This document shows positions 51,220 through 64,000 of a stretch of 64,000 nucleotides of DNA, piece after piece. A model generated the notes under the pieces. It was given only the letters and a program-made list of their open reading frames with translations, had not been told where the DNA came from and did no database searches. Within the stretch, counting starts at the first letter, position 1. Each line of letters starts with the position of its first letter. Source of the DNA: Lama guanicoe (Eukaryota); assembly GCA_013239625.1 (NCBI GenBank), contig MU053994.1, positions 3,353,589 through 3,417,588 on the forward strand, written 5' to 3'. The position numbers and the translations under genes were made by a program.

Positions 51220-52613
51220 ATGTCAAGCCTGTTGTGCTTTGGTAAGGGTGGCTGCAGCCTACCCAGCCTTTGCAGGCTGGGAGCTGTGAACAAATGTGTG
51301 AAGACAAGCTGAAAGGAATTCTTGCTTAGCAAACCACAAAGGGAGCACAGAGGACACTGGTGATTTGCTAAGCATTTCTATCCTGCAGCCTAATGCCATG
51401 AGCCTGGACTGATACCAATGGGAAGAGTTACTACAGCTAGGAAGGTTTTATACCTGACAGCAAAAGTGCTGTGGCTGTATCACACATGCCTGCTCCCCCT
51501 GGCTCAGAAGGAAAGGAGCAGTGAAAGGATTCACGTCTAATAAGCAAAAGAAACATTCTTTTCTTGTTAAATCAAGGAATTGATTTTTTTTTGTAGGTGG
51601 ACGGGTGGGAGAAGAGAAGCAAGATCGTCTTAAACTTATCTTGGATTTCTAAGTATTAAAACCCCATGTTCAAGCTGAACACGCACATTATGCTCAACAA
51701 CCTGACAAAAGCATAGCAGGAGGGGAGCCAGTGTGCTTCTTACAGTAAGGAATGTAGAGAACAAAGTAAGTTTTCATTTTAAGGAGAATCTCAATTTTTT
51801 TTTTATACAACATGAGGGACTTTTGGGAGCTGTGGTAAGAGATGGAAAAGAAGTGTCAGCAGCTGAGAGCAATAGAGGAAGAACTACTGTAAGAAATCCA
51901 CAATGCCATGGCAACTAGTGTGACGTGAACGCCCATTTATAATGAAGTCTGGCCTACGCAGGTGAAAGGAGAACTGAGACTTGAAGGGGACAAAGAGCGG
52001 CCAGGCGTGCTGACGGGTTAGCGAGGAAAACCATTTAAAGGAACCACATACAGGAACGCTTGGGCGGAGGCTTCTGGCTGAGCATCTGTGCGACTGGGTT
52101 TTGAAGTTCTGAGAACTAAAAGTGGTGCCCCCAAACCTCCTGAGCACAGGCCCTGTTCAGACTAGAAAGTGATCGTGTGTACAGCAGTTTGCATTCAGAG
52201 AAGCTGAGTAACTTCAACCCCAGTTAGTAAATCACACATCAGTAGGTCAGAGAAAGGTCTAAGGATTACTTGTCTCTCCGCGCCGAGGTGATGCATTGTG
52301 AGGCCGTCTCCGGGAATCAGGAGAGGAGAAAATTCCAACTCTCAGTGTTGAACAGAGCCAGTGAAGGCAGGCAAGGAGCCAGGAGTTGCATTTACCTTGA
52401 AAACTGTACTACTTCTTTCTAAAGTACTTTTAATTTAGGGGTGAGAGGCAGAAAAGAGAAAAAAACACTGAAACATAATGAAAGTTTCCATATCCTCTCA
52501 CAGGAAGAAGAGGAATAAAAGGGAAGATGATGGGGAAAAAACCCCAGAAATTTGCATGCATGCTTAAATTAACGCCTGTAAGGAGGCAAAGCATGAGAAA
52601 TAGAACATTATGA

Positions 52614-52800
52614 CAATGGGTCTCAACCAGGGGTGATTTTTGTGCCCCAGGGGATATTTGGCAACGTCTGGAGACATTTTTGATGGTCACAATTGGGGGG
52701 AAATGCTCTTGCCATCTAGTGGGTAGAGGCACAATACCCAGGACAACCTCCCACAACAAGGTACCTGGCCCCAAATGTCTGTGGCTACTGAGAGATGCTG
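52614..52800. mobile_element. MER20 hAT-Charlie DNA transposon fossil
   Basis: TCTCAACCAGGGGTGATTTTTGTGCCCCAGGGGATATTTGGCAACGTCTGGAGACATTTTTG...GCCATCTAGTGGGTAGAGGC. Confidence 0.85.
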
Positions 52801-53479
52801 TACGATGACGACACACCTTCCCTAATTTCAAAGGATTATACAATTACTTTTTACACAATTTCATGTGAAACTGCTTCTCCAAAGCCCACAGTTTCCACTA
52901 TAGGTCACATGGCACCATATATTCAAATCCAACCTGAAATAACCAAACATTTTTGACTTAGGTTATAATGATTTCAAAAAGAAATGCCTACCAAGTAAAG
53001 AGAAAAGTACTATTAATATAATGCTAAGACTTTGGGAAACCCAATGCTTTTGGATCAATGCCAAGAACTATGTGAGAGGCAGAGAGAACAAGGGAGGGAG
53101 AGAATATGACAATATTCCTGGCTAGATAAAATAGATGATTAAATAATCTGAATTTTTCTAAAAGGAATGATACATTGCAATGGTCTTCTATTTTCTTTAC
53201 TAAGTGTAAGGGAAGAAAACTTTATCTATAGAAACTAAAATCTACATACAAATGAAATCTACATACAGACAAGTCACCGAATAAACAATGTCTGAATGAG
53301 AATAGCTAATAGGCTGCTTTATTAGCAAAAATAGAAACAACACATTAAATGAAATTTTAAATTATTAGCCTTGTGATATGTATTGTTATTAAAGCTTTAT
53401 AATGACCACTACATTGGAAAACTGTAACAAAGTTCCGAATGAAACTGCTTCAGGTTACCTAAGTTACTGGAGTTATATT

Positions 53480-54215
53480 AGCAAATCTTGTTGACAAAAC
53501 CTTCAAATATATCTGGAATCTGCTTATTTACGACCTCCTTGCTACCGCTCTGGCCCTGCCAGGCAGGACCATCTCCTGTTTCCCTGCTTCCACCGTGGAG
53601 CCATTATTCAATACGTTACCAACAAAGCAATGTAGTCCTGTTACCCTGGGAAGTCAGACGTCATCTGTCTTCATTCAAAACTCCCTGGTGAATCCTCATT
53701 TCTCTCAGAGTAAAAGTCAAAGTCCCTTCCCTCCTTTCCTCTCTAACCTCCTCTACTAGCCATTCTCCCCTTTCACCTCGGCCACACTGGTCTGCTGGCT
53801 ATTCTTCAAACGTGCCACTTATGCTTCTGCCTCAGTGCCTCTGCACTGGCTGTTCTGTAACCCAGAACCCTTCTCCTTCAGACGTCAGTTAGCCCTTTCT
53901 TTCATCAAGTCCTTGCCAGATGTCAGCTTCTCAACGTGGCCTGCTTTGACCACCCTATCTATAATTGCAACCCCTTCTCCAGAAGTCCCTGTCCCTTTGG
54001 CTGCTCTCTCTTTTTTTCCCCTGTAGTCCTTTCTTTCACCTTCTAACCTACTACACAGTAGAATTATTTATGCTCAGTGAGTAGTATCTCTCTCCCTGAA
54101 AAGAAAGTCAGCTCTAGAGGGACAGTGATTGTGTCTGTTTTGTTCACTGATGTAGCTCTGGTTCCTAGAATAGTGGCCGACACACAGTAGGTACTCAATA
54201 CATGTTTTTGGACGA
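53480..54215 (+). mobile_element. LINE-2 3' fragment
   Basis: Pyrimidine-rich L2 body ending CCTAGAATAGTGGCCGACACACAGTAGGTACTCAATACATGTTT. Confidence 0.8.
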
Positions 54216-54704
54216 GTGTCTTAAGAAAAATATACCCAAATTCAAAATTACCAATTAACTAAATTTGAGTATTACATTTATGCATACAAAATGTATTACA
54301 GACTTCAGGTACTGAGATATAAATGATATCAACAAGTGTGTGTGCTCTTGTGTTGACAGTTTGCTTCTCAACTCAATGCTGAATGGTGCCTTTTCTGGTG
54401 GTTTCCTCTTACTAATTTGCAGTTTGAGAATTATTCCTTTCTTCCCTTCCTCAGCATGTTTCTGCATGCTTCTTCAAAATTCTTTGACATGTGCCTTAGA
54501 GATAATAAAGTAATTTATTAAAATTCAATGCAAAACTCATTTTGAGGCTTTGCACACACTGTTCCTGTTGCTTGAACTGTCCATGTAACTAACTAGTGAC
54601 TCAAGGCTAGACTCAAATCTAACTTTCTCCATGAAGTTTCTCTGATTCTGTCTTTAAATGATGTTTCTCACTCCCTACCTTGGATAATAATTATCTGTTT
54701 TGCC

Positions 54705-55242
54705 TGTCTGAGAAGATGGCCACAAAAAAGTTTTCCTATCCTTGTGCATATATGTTGCTCCTCCAACTAAAGGTGCAATCTATTTTTCCTCCTCTTGAAT
54801 CCAGGCTTCTCTTGTGACATTTTGACTAACAGAATGCATAGGACATGACACAGTGCCAATCCAGGCCTAGGCTTCAAGAGGCCTGGTAATTTTCACTTTT
54901 GCTTGTTTCAAGCCACAGGACACTGTCCTGCTAGAAAGGGTGGCCATGTGGAGGAGGGGGAGAGGGAGGGGGAGAGAGAGAGACAGAGACAGAGAGACAC
55001 AGAGATGTTCTGAATGAGAGATGAGAAACTACAAAGAGGGCCCAGCCAGCTTCCAGGTGTTCTATCCACTTCTGCTGAGATGCCAGAGAAGTAAGTGAAG
55101 CCACCTCAGCCAACAGCCTGTGAAACAGAATCGAGCAGTCCCCATCAAGCTCTGCCCAAACTGCAGAATTGAGAGCATATAAATGGCAACTGTTGTTCAA
55201 AGTCACTCTGTGTTGTTCTGTAGCAGTTGATAATAGATATAT
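54705..55242 (+). mobile_element. MLT1-family solo LTR with internal GA-rich simple repeat
   Basis: AAGATGGCCACAA...CCTAGGCTTCAAGAGGCCTGG...CCCAAACTGCAGAATT...TGTAGCAGTTGATAA. Confidence 0.75.
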
Positions 55243-55549
55243 TGCCTCATCTCTCTACTAAGAACATCATGCCTTTAGGGCTACAAGCACAGTATACTGC
55301 ATGAAGTAGGCACTTGGATATTTGTTGAATAAATCAATCAGAATGTAAATGAGAAGGTGAAGCACAGTACTCAAATATAAACTACTCTGGGATTTTATTT
55401 GGTTTTAGATTGTCATTATATCAAATACCATGGCTAATCAAAAGCTGACTATATTACTGAAAGTATTACAGTAGAGTATGTTGTCAATCATTATTTATTA
55501 TAAGATGTTGATATAATTACCTTTCAAGAACAGAATTCAAAATAAAATT

Positions 55550-56540
55550 GCTTCTTACAATTCAGTAACAAAAGCCAAAAAATTTGATTAAAAGATGAGC
55601 AGAGGATCTGAATAGATATTTTTCCAAAGAAAACATACCGATGGACAATAGATATGTGAAAAGATGTTCAATATCACTCATCATCAGGGAAATGCAAATC
55701 AAAACCACAATGAGATATCACTTCATATCTGTCAGAATGGCTACCATCAAAAAGACAAGAAATGACAAGTGCTGGCAAGGATGTGGAGAAAAGGGAATCC
55801 TCATACATTGTTGGTGGGAAAGTAATTGGTGTATCCACTATAGAAAACAGTATGGAGGCTCCTAAAAATACTAAAAACAGAACTACCATATGATCCAGCA
55901 ATTCTACTCTGGGTATTCATCTGAAGAAAGCACACTAATTCAAAAAGATATGTGCACCCTCATGTTCACTGCAGTATTATTTATAATAGCCAAGATATGG
56001 AAACAATCTGTCTATTGATGGATGAATGGATAAAGATGTCAGGTATATACACACATACATATATGTATATAATGGAATACTACTCAGCCATAAAAAAGAA
56101 CGAACTCTTGCCACTGTGACAACATGGATGGATCTTGAGAGTATTATGCTAAGTGAATAAATCAAATATAGAAAGACAAATACCTTATGATTTCACTTAT
56201 ACACTGAATCTAAAAAACAGGACAAATGAACAAACAAGACAAAACTCATAGACACAGAGACCAGAATGGTAGTTGCCAGAGAGGAAGGGGGTTGAGGGGG
56301 ACAAAATGGGCAAAGAAGGTAAGAGATACAGACTTCCAGTCATAAAATAAATGTCATAGGGATATAATGTACAACATGGTGACTGTAGTCATTAATATGA
56401 TACTGCATATTTTGTAACTCTGTATGGAGACAGAGGGTAACTAGACTTATTGTGGTGATCATTTCAGTGTATACAATATCAAATCATTACGATGTACACC
56501 TGAAACTGTTATATGTCAATTATACCTCAATTTTAAAAAA
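55550..56540 (+). mobile_element. L1MA9-like 3' fragment (ORF2 end plus 3'UTR)
   Basis: ORF 55641-55865 ([21 protein letters not shown]) is the L1 ORF2 C-terminus. 3'UTR ends GTACACCTGAAACT...GTCAATTATACCTCAATTTTAAAAAA. Confidence 0.9.
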
Positions 56541-57882
56541 CTGCCTTTTTTACAAAAGTATTTTTAACACTATGCTACTTTATGAATTAAGAATCTGTTT
56601 TATACATTTTCAGCTTTCAAATTGTCATTTTGTCATTATATATAAGGAGATATATTTTACTCTGTATATATTCATTTTCTCATATTAATTAAATGCAAAA
56701 GAATAACAGCACACTGCTATCACCAACAATTTTCCTTTTATCTTTCTATACTTCTTATTCTCTTTGCATGATTGAAGAACACTTCCTTTTAAAAGTGCTT
56801 TGTATCCATGGGGTTGTTTAGTGTTGAGTGGCAATAATAACAATATCATTTTCCTATCACCACATTTGAAAAGAATAAACTATTTTACAACTAATTTACA
56901 CTAATGTGTATTTTGTACATTTCTCCAATGATTTTTCATCGCTACTGGAGCATTCCACTAGATTGGTTTGGAATTGCTCATGCTTTCCTCAGCTTTTAAT
57001 CACAAGAATTTCAGTTAAAATTTCCCGAACGTTATAGAAAATTTAACTAAACTCTAGTTGATTTTCTTAACCATTAAAACACATCGAAGAAGTCAGGCCT
57101 TTGATAATACATCTCGAGGAAAGGAGAGCACCATGTCTGTGGTGCTGCGGGTTAGAGAGAGGCCAGTGACCAACAGAGGCCAGCAGAGCGGGAAAGTGGG
57201 AACATGGCCAGACACAGTGCAGGGGCGCTCAGTGACTCAAGGCCCAGAAAGGGGCGAGGCATCAGGAGGAAGGCCCGCTGGCTTCCTTCCTTGCATGCCC
57301 CCATAATCGGCCTGGTACCCTTATGAGCCAGGCACTGACGTTCTCATGAACTTGATACTGGGCTCAAACAAGCACAAAGACTGAATAACGGTAATATGCA
57401 TCTTCTTAAGGGTACAAACTATATTACATTTATAATTATAATTTCAGACCATGTTTAAAAACAGTCTGCAAAGAAAATACAATGCTGACTATTCTACACT
57501 GTAACATTATGAAAACATAAGTGTGTGATGAACTTTTACTATATAAACCAAATTCTGATTTTCCCTCCAATTAACTTAGTATGAGATATTGTTTGATTCT
57601 TCCTATTTCTTGGGTTTTCCATTCCTCTCTTAAACACAAAATGGCAAAAGAGGAATAACAGAATTTTACAATACTTATACATTTTAATGAAAATAAGGAA
57701 ATTGAAATGATAAAAGTGTTCCTATTAAGAATTAGTACAACTCTTCAAATATACACCAGTTAAGCAAATTTTTATTTGTAAGTAAAATTAACTTAAAGAT
57801 GCTGTTCATAAGAACATTAAAGAAAAATTTCTGATTATTATCATTGCTATAAGTCAGTTTCTATCCACAAACATTAAAGTTA

Positions 57883-58014
<132 letters not shown>

Positions 58015-61000
58015 TTATTTTTAAAACAATGTCCATTGCTTGTAACTCCTACCTTTGTATTTGCTGCCCTCGAACACTTTTTGTTTGAGTAGACAGGACT
58101 AGTGGAATGTGTAGCTCAGTGATGAAAAAGTTGGCAGACTCTTAAGTTTATCAGCTTATGAAGAAATAATGTGTTCTACATTTTCTAAGATATCTAAGTC
58201 AAAAGAATTTCACACAGTTCTTAAGTAAAATACCTCTGCAAACTACAAATTCAAACTGAAAACATGAAAAACAACAGTTCTCTGACACTGAGTTAATTCT
58301 ACTTAGTTACACTGGATTGCTATGAGGTGACCAGTGCTCACAGCTACACCAAGGATTCTGACTAAAGGGGTAGGAGCCTTTTATCTGCCAGCAGAGAGAG
58401 GTTAGCTCTCTGTCTTATTTCCATTTAGCTCTAAGGACAAACAAGAGAAAAGAACCCCCTTATGTTGACTTTATTTTTTTTTTGCAACATAATCAAGGTT
58501 TAGTTGGGGTATCCTTGAATAAAGCAGAGTTCTTCTGGGCCTAAGTCCTAGGAAGTCCTAGGAACTCCTCAGAGGCCAGCAGGGTCCGAACGAGGCTCCT
58601 CACTGGGTCCAGATGAAAAACAAAGGAGGAGTTAGCATTTTAAAGGACAGTCCTTAAAACATGGTAACAGGGTCAACTAGCCATAGGGTGTGACAAGAGT
58701 AGTTCATTCAATATTGTTTCAGAATTTACTTCAACCCCCTTCCCTCAATTCTAAAGTTCTTCTTCTATAATCCCACACTTTTTCTTTCTCTGAGGGTCCT
58801 TTTCATCTTTCTTCCCTTGAATTTTACTCCCTTCATATCTGTCCTTTCCCCCCATTATCCCTCTTGCCTTCTCATTTCCCTCTTGTCCTTCCCAACCAGC
58901 CATGACACAGAAATGCAATATACTTAACATTATTGACTGTATGGCATTTACTGAAACTAAATAATTTAATGGTACTTCCTCATGACCTTGTGTGTGTGCT
59001 TGTGACTCAAGACCAAAAAAATTTTCCCCACTCCTGTTGTATAATTAAGAGACATTTCCATCAAGTTACTTCTTTGGTATGCTACTATCTAACCAAACGC
59101 ACATGAATGTCCCTCTAATTAGCATATGCATTATTTCATGTATTAGAATTGATCTGAAGGTTCCATTTCTAAAATGAAAGGTAGGGGTAAAAATCCCCCA
59201 GGTCTTTGTTTCTGTACTTATTACTGTCTCCTCACTACTGGGCTCTAAGCAGAAAGAGCTAGGCTCATGAAGTCCTTAGCTGTGATGTTCAGTTTTTCTT
59301 ACTTCGCAAATACACAGAGGGGTCGTGGTCATATACTCTTTGCCTGGGCCAGAGCAGCTGTAATTAAGTTTTTGTTCAAGTCAGGGATTCTTAACTGGGT
59401 GGTATGGCCCATTCCTGGTTCAAATTAGGCTTTGGAGGATCTGTGATCCCCTGAAATAGCAGAGACAACAAATGCGAAAGTGCTTTGTAAACTCTAAACC
59501 GTGCTACAAAAGTTGTCTATTATCATCAAATTCAGTCAAAGATTTCAGAACAGCCTACTTGTGCATCTAGATGTGAACACTGGAATGGTAGGTATGTTTA
59601 AGCTAGGTCATGTGTCCAACTACTTTGGATACTTAGTCCTGAGACAGCCACTTATATCTTTAATCTGAGGAAAACTCTTATCTCAAAGCCTTATTAAAAA
59701 AAACAATGAATGAGCATTTTTAAAATCTGAATATCAGAGTATTCAATTACTTGACCCAAATATACGTACCTACTAGAATCTCTGGGGTGTGTGGAGGGAG
59801 GGTAGAATTTTTTTCTTCCCAAATATTATAGATTCAAACTGATCTTCCTCCACCCTCCCAGTCAGGACCCCGGGAGGCTGTGCATGAGAACAGTGTGCAA
59901 GGAGAAGAGAGAGCCTAAATCTACCCACACGTTCTAGACAGTTGCTGACTAAACGTTAGCCCAAAAGTTTCATTTCGTGAAGCATCATGGTGGCCTACGC
60001 TTTCAGAGAAACTCAGCAATATCTATGTTTGTCCCCATCCCTAAGGATCAGGAATGGTAACTCCATGGGAAAAAGAGCTGGCCAGCAATCCACTCACTTC
60101 CTTTGGACAGAAACATTTTGGGGGTGGAAGAAAAGAAGGGCGGTGACTCAGTCTACTCTCTTTGGCAACTCTGGGTAAAAAGACCAATGCTCTTTGCTAG
60201 GCTGAAGAAACCTTATCTCTGGAATTCCCTTAACAGAACATCCTTGGCTAAGGATTACCTATGATAAATAGAACCCAGGATCCCTGAGGCATGGATGGCT
60301 TCCTGGAAGAAGTCATGTAAACTGTATGACTCTCTGAGGTATACAATGGAGATGTTCCACAATTGAAATGCTCCCCAGTGTGTGACATCTCACAAACCTC
60401 ATGTAAAGACCTCATCTATTCTGGGCCAGACGGGCACTCCCGATGCAGGGAGGAATGAAGTGAGGAGCTGCCCTTAAAAGGCCCAGATCTCTCTCTGCTT
60501 CAGCTGAGGCTTTTGATTGCTTTTATCCTTATAATTGTTTAATAAAGCCTGCTACTAGGTAAGACTCTCACTTTGATTTGTGAGAGTTTGATTTGATAAC
60601 CTGCTCCTGTATGTTAGCTCACTCCACAACTCACCACCTCTGAAAGAACAGAGGGGAGCACCAACAGGGCTGTGAGGACTGAACGTGGTTTCCTTCCCTG
60701 CCGTGCTTTGCTACTCCTCTTGAAGCTCAGCCAGTTGGAGAAAAACACAATCAATTTGATTACGAGGTGTCTCAGAGTCTCCTGGCAGTTGGTCTCACTA
60801 GAATAACCGATGCAAGCTGAATTTCCCAACAGTGCATCACAGAATCAGAGAGGGGAAGGGAGAAGTCATCTGGTTGGACACTGTAAACCAAAGGAAGGAT
60901 TTACGTGCCCTTGTTTACATGGTGGCTGGTACTCTGCAATATGGCACGTACCTAATCATACTTTCTGAGGCTGCCCCCCTTTGTCATTTTTTGGAAGGGT

Positions 61001-62917
61001 TTTTAATAAGTTGTGTCAAGCCTCTCTGCAGTGTCACTTACTGGTCCCAGTAGTACTCTTTTCCAGTCCATTCTGGAAAGTTCTTTTCATAAACCACCAT
61101 TTTAACAGCAAATATGGGTGGATTTTAAAATCAACAGGCTTTTATCTTGATGCATATAAACATCTATCTTCTCTATAAATCTCAAGATTGAGAGACCTCA
61201 AGTGATCTCACTGTATGACATCACCTCTACACACTATTCTCCCCATTCTAACACCTAGCACAGCGGCAGAGACAGGCTTGAAGTTAAGGAAAAGCAATAG
61301 GGATGAATGGGGAATAAAGCAAAAATGATACTGGTTTAACATCAACCCTGATAGCCTATATGCCAGGTACCCGCATGTTTTTGTGGTTCAAAAAGGAAAG
61401 TCATCTTTCTCCAGCGAGTTTCACTGTTTTGCAAAATCAACATTCTGAAATTTTAGTTTTTCCCTATTTGATGCTGCTGTTGAAAGATATCAATATGGGA
61501 AAGGGAAAGTACAAAATTCAAATTCTTGACATGTAAAAGTCTGAGAGTTTCATTTAGTCAGATAAAGTGGTTTACCACAATGCCATAAGAAAAATCAAGA
61601 TAGCACTGGCTATTTTTGGTATTAAAGAATGGTTTTAATTCTGAAACACAATAAAAAATAAACAGTTTGAACTGTGAGAAGAACTGAAAACAATATAAAT
61701 GGGATTTTTTTTAAAAGAAGAAAACTCTAGAATGTGCTTTAGTGAATGACACAAAAGAAAAAAGGATATTTAGCCTCAGTTCTACCATGAATAATATCAG
61801 GAGTTTAAATAAGTAAAGTCAATATATATAAAATCTCATTTGCTGCTTCTTCCTAGCTCCAAGAATACAAAACAGCAGCTACCTAAAATTGCACATATTC
61901 TTTATCTTGTGTTATAGCTATGGCTGCTTCACCTCCTGAGAGGGAGGCTCTGGCTCTTCAGCTAGAAGGCAGGGCAAAGAATTTGAAGAGCGTCAAGGCA
62001 TTCTTAGCTCAAAGTCGCACGAGTAGTGTCTAAGTTGTTTTCAGTCATATCTGTCCATTGTGCCACAATTGTAAAAAGAATGATAGAAGGGAAAAAGTTA
62101 TAATCATTTAATTGTATCTGTCTCTCAAATGGTAGAAAATTTTAATAAATCCTAATGGGTGTGTAGGTTTGAACCCTTCAACATATTATAGTTGGCTGAC
62201 GAGGGATACTGTATCCTATGTATTAAAAGGCAACCTACTGGAGTAGGTATTTGTGATGTGATTGAGTATCACCAAAGCAGAAAGCTGTGCTGCTCTAAAT
62301 CTGTCAGCAAGTGGCCCATGCATGGCTCCTGTGATTTTTCATATTAAATCTTTACTTTGAGTCACTAGTTCTTGTAAGAACTCCTCCACTTAGAACAATG
62401 GTGGCCATCTGACTGGGAGATCACACACTGGCCTGAAGCAAATGTATTCAGCAGAAAAATTGTGCTTTTATTTCTGTTCCTTCTACTGTTCTGTGCTTTT
62501 TCTCAGATTAACTGGTCACATAACAATTTGCTATCACTAAAAGGCAAACTGAAGAACTAATCAAGCACATTTGCCAAAAAGCAAAAATCAAACACAAACA
62601 AAAAACCCAAGTTTAATTCTAGACAGTTTCTGAGCTATCAAATTCCTCCTTGTATAAAGGTCATCAAAAATGGGAAAAATAGCAGTAGTGATGTTAAACT
62701 GTAAGCTCATATAAATACATAAATTCATTGTTCAGTATTTTGCATTTCCAGTCACCGTCTGGCTCCACTAAAGCACATTAAGAGACATGCTCCTTGTAAG
62801 AAAGAGTGCCAGTATGGTCGTCATCAGTTCAAAGAGCAGCCCACGTCATGTGATTTCTCTGTCATTTCCTTCTTTGACTTCTACCTTGACTTCTGGGAAG
62901 TCCATACAAATTACTTA

Positions 62918-63076
<159 letters not shown>

Positions 63077-64000
63077 TTATTAGTTGATTTACAGCTAAAG
63101 GTTGTAATAAATTATTCAAATCTTTCTTTTGATGAAAAATAGACATAAAGTATTAGGACATTATAACCATCTTAATGTTGAAAATCTACAGGAAAATAAA
63201 CAGGAAGAAAAAGCAAATGGTAGCATCAAATAACAGAAGGCATAGAAAATTGTCTATACATTTTCTTTAGGTTATAACAAAAAGTCTCAGGAAAGAGAAA
63301 TGTTGGGGGTTGTGGGCATATTTTTGAATCAAATTCTGAAATTATCTATATCTAGTCACATCATGTAACATTTTAAGAATACAACAAGGATTCTAAAACA
63401 TTTTGCTATAGTTATCACCACTAAATGGGAGTTCAAGATATTTACTGTGAAAGGAAAAAAATTAGTTAATCCATGATTTATTTTTGTTTATACTTCCATT
63501 ACCAAAGTTAATAGTTACAAACATATTCTAACACGCTGATGTGTTGGTGACAGTGTTACTACCTTGCCTCCAAACATAAAATGGTTCTCTAGTTCTCACC
63601 AGGTCAGTAAGTCCTCTTGCTGTTTCAGCCATACTGTGCTTCTCCCACCTACCCCGTCCAATGACTTTTCACCCTCTAGGCATATTAGTCTTATTACTAT
63701 TCCCTGAATACACTATTCTCTTTTTTTTACCACATGCTTCAGTATTTATTGCTTCTCACCTTTAAAACCTACTTTAATTCAAGGTTCCATTCCAATCCCA
63801 CCTTCCCTAGGAAGCCCCCTCAATGATTACCAGCCACATTAAGGCTTTCTTTTGCTTAAATTCTTTAACAACCCTATAGAGCCCATATAATAATAATTAG
63901 CACTTACATAGAAACATATTTATGTGTACACACGAAACTTTTGCCAGATCATTACATACATTAATTAGCTAATATTTTCATAAATGCTTTAGGGCTTATA

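Noticed and set aside
55641..56165. ORFs with protein-like content
   Set aside because: Fragments of decayed L1 ORF2 and its antisense, with no intact frame.
58542..58568. AAGTCCTAGG tandem duplication
   Set aside because: Ordinary short slippage duplication.

Overview
Mammalian genomic DNA, most likely camelid (it carries a vic-1-type tRNA-derived SINE), from the X-linked CASK locus. The minus strand holds five consecutive CASK coding exons (human exons 4-8; 78, 73, 103, 176 and 123 nt, all with canonical GT-AG sites) encoding most of the CaMK-like kinase domain. The ~44.8 kb intron 5 contains two GPCR genes on the plus strand, GPR34 (378 aa) and GPR82 (332 aa), each with an intronless CDS and inferred 5' non-coding exons. 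The rest is intron rich in old repeats (L1, L2, L3/CR1, MIR, MER5/MER20, MLT1, an ERV1 LTR). Nearly all other ORFs in the track are repeat-derived or noise. Best leads: (1) both receptors stop a few codons early while a second in-frame stop sits at the human-length position; (2) CASK intron 7 has a candidate in-frame 30-nt microexon and a candidate poison exon, spanned by an inverted repeat that would mask the microexon acceptor; (3) a GPR34 uORF that could be removed by an alternative acceptor. Comparisons with human sequences and repeat family names are from memory, not searches; repeat boundaries are approximate.
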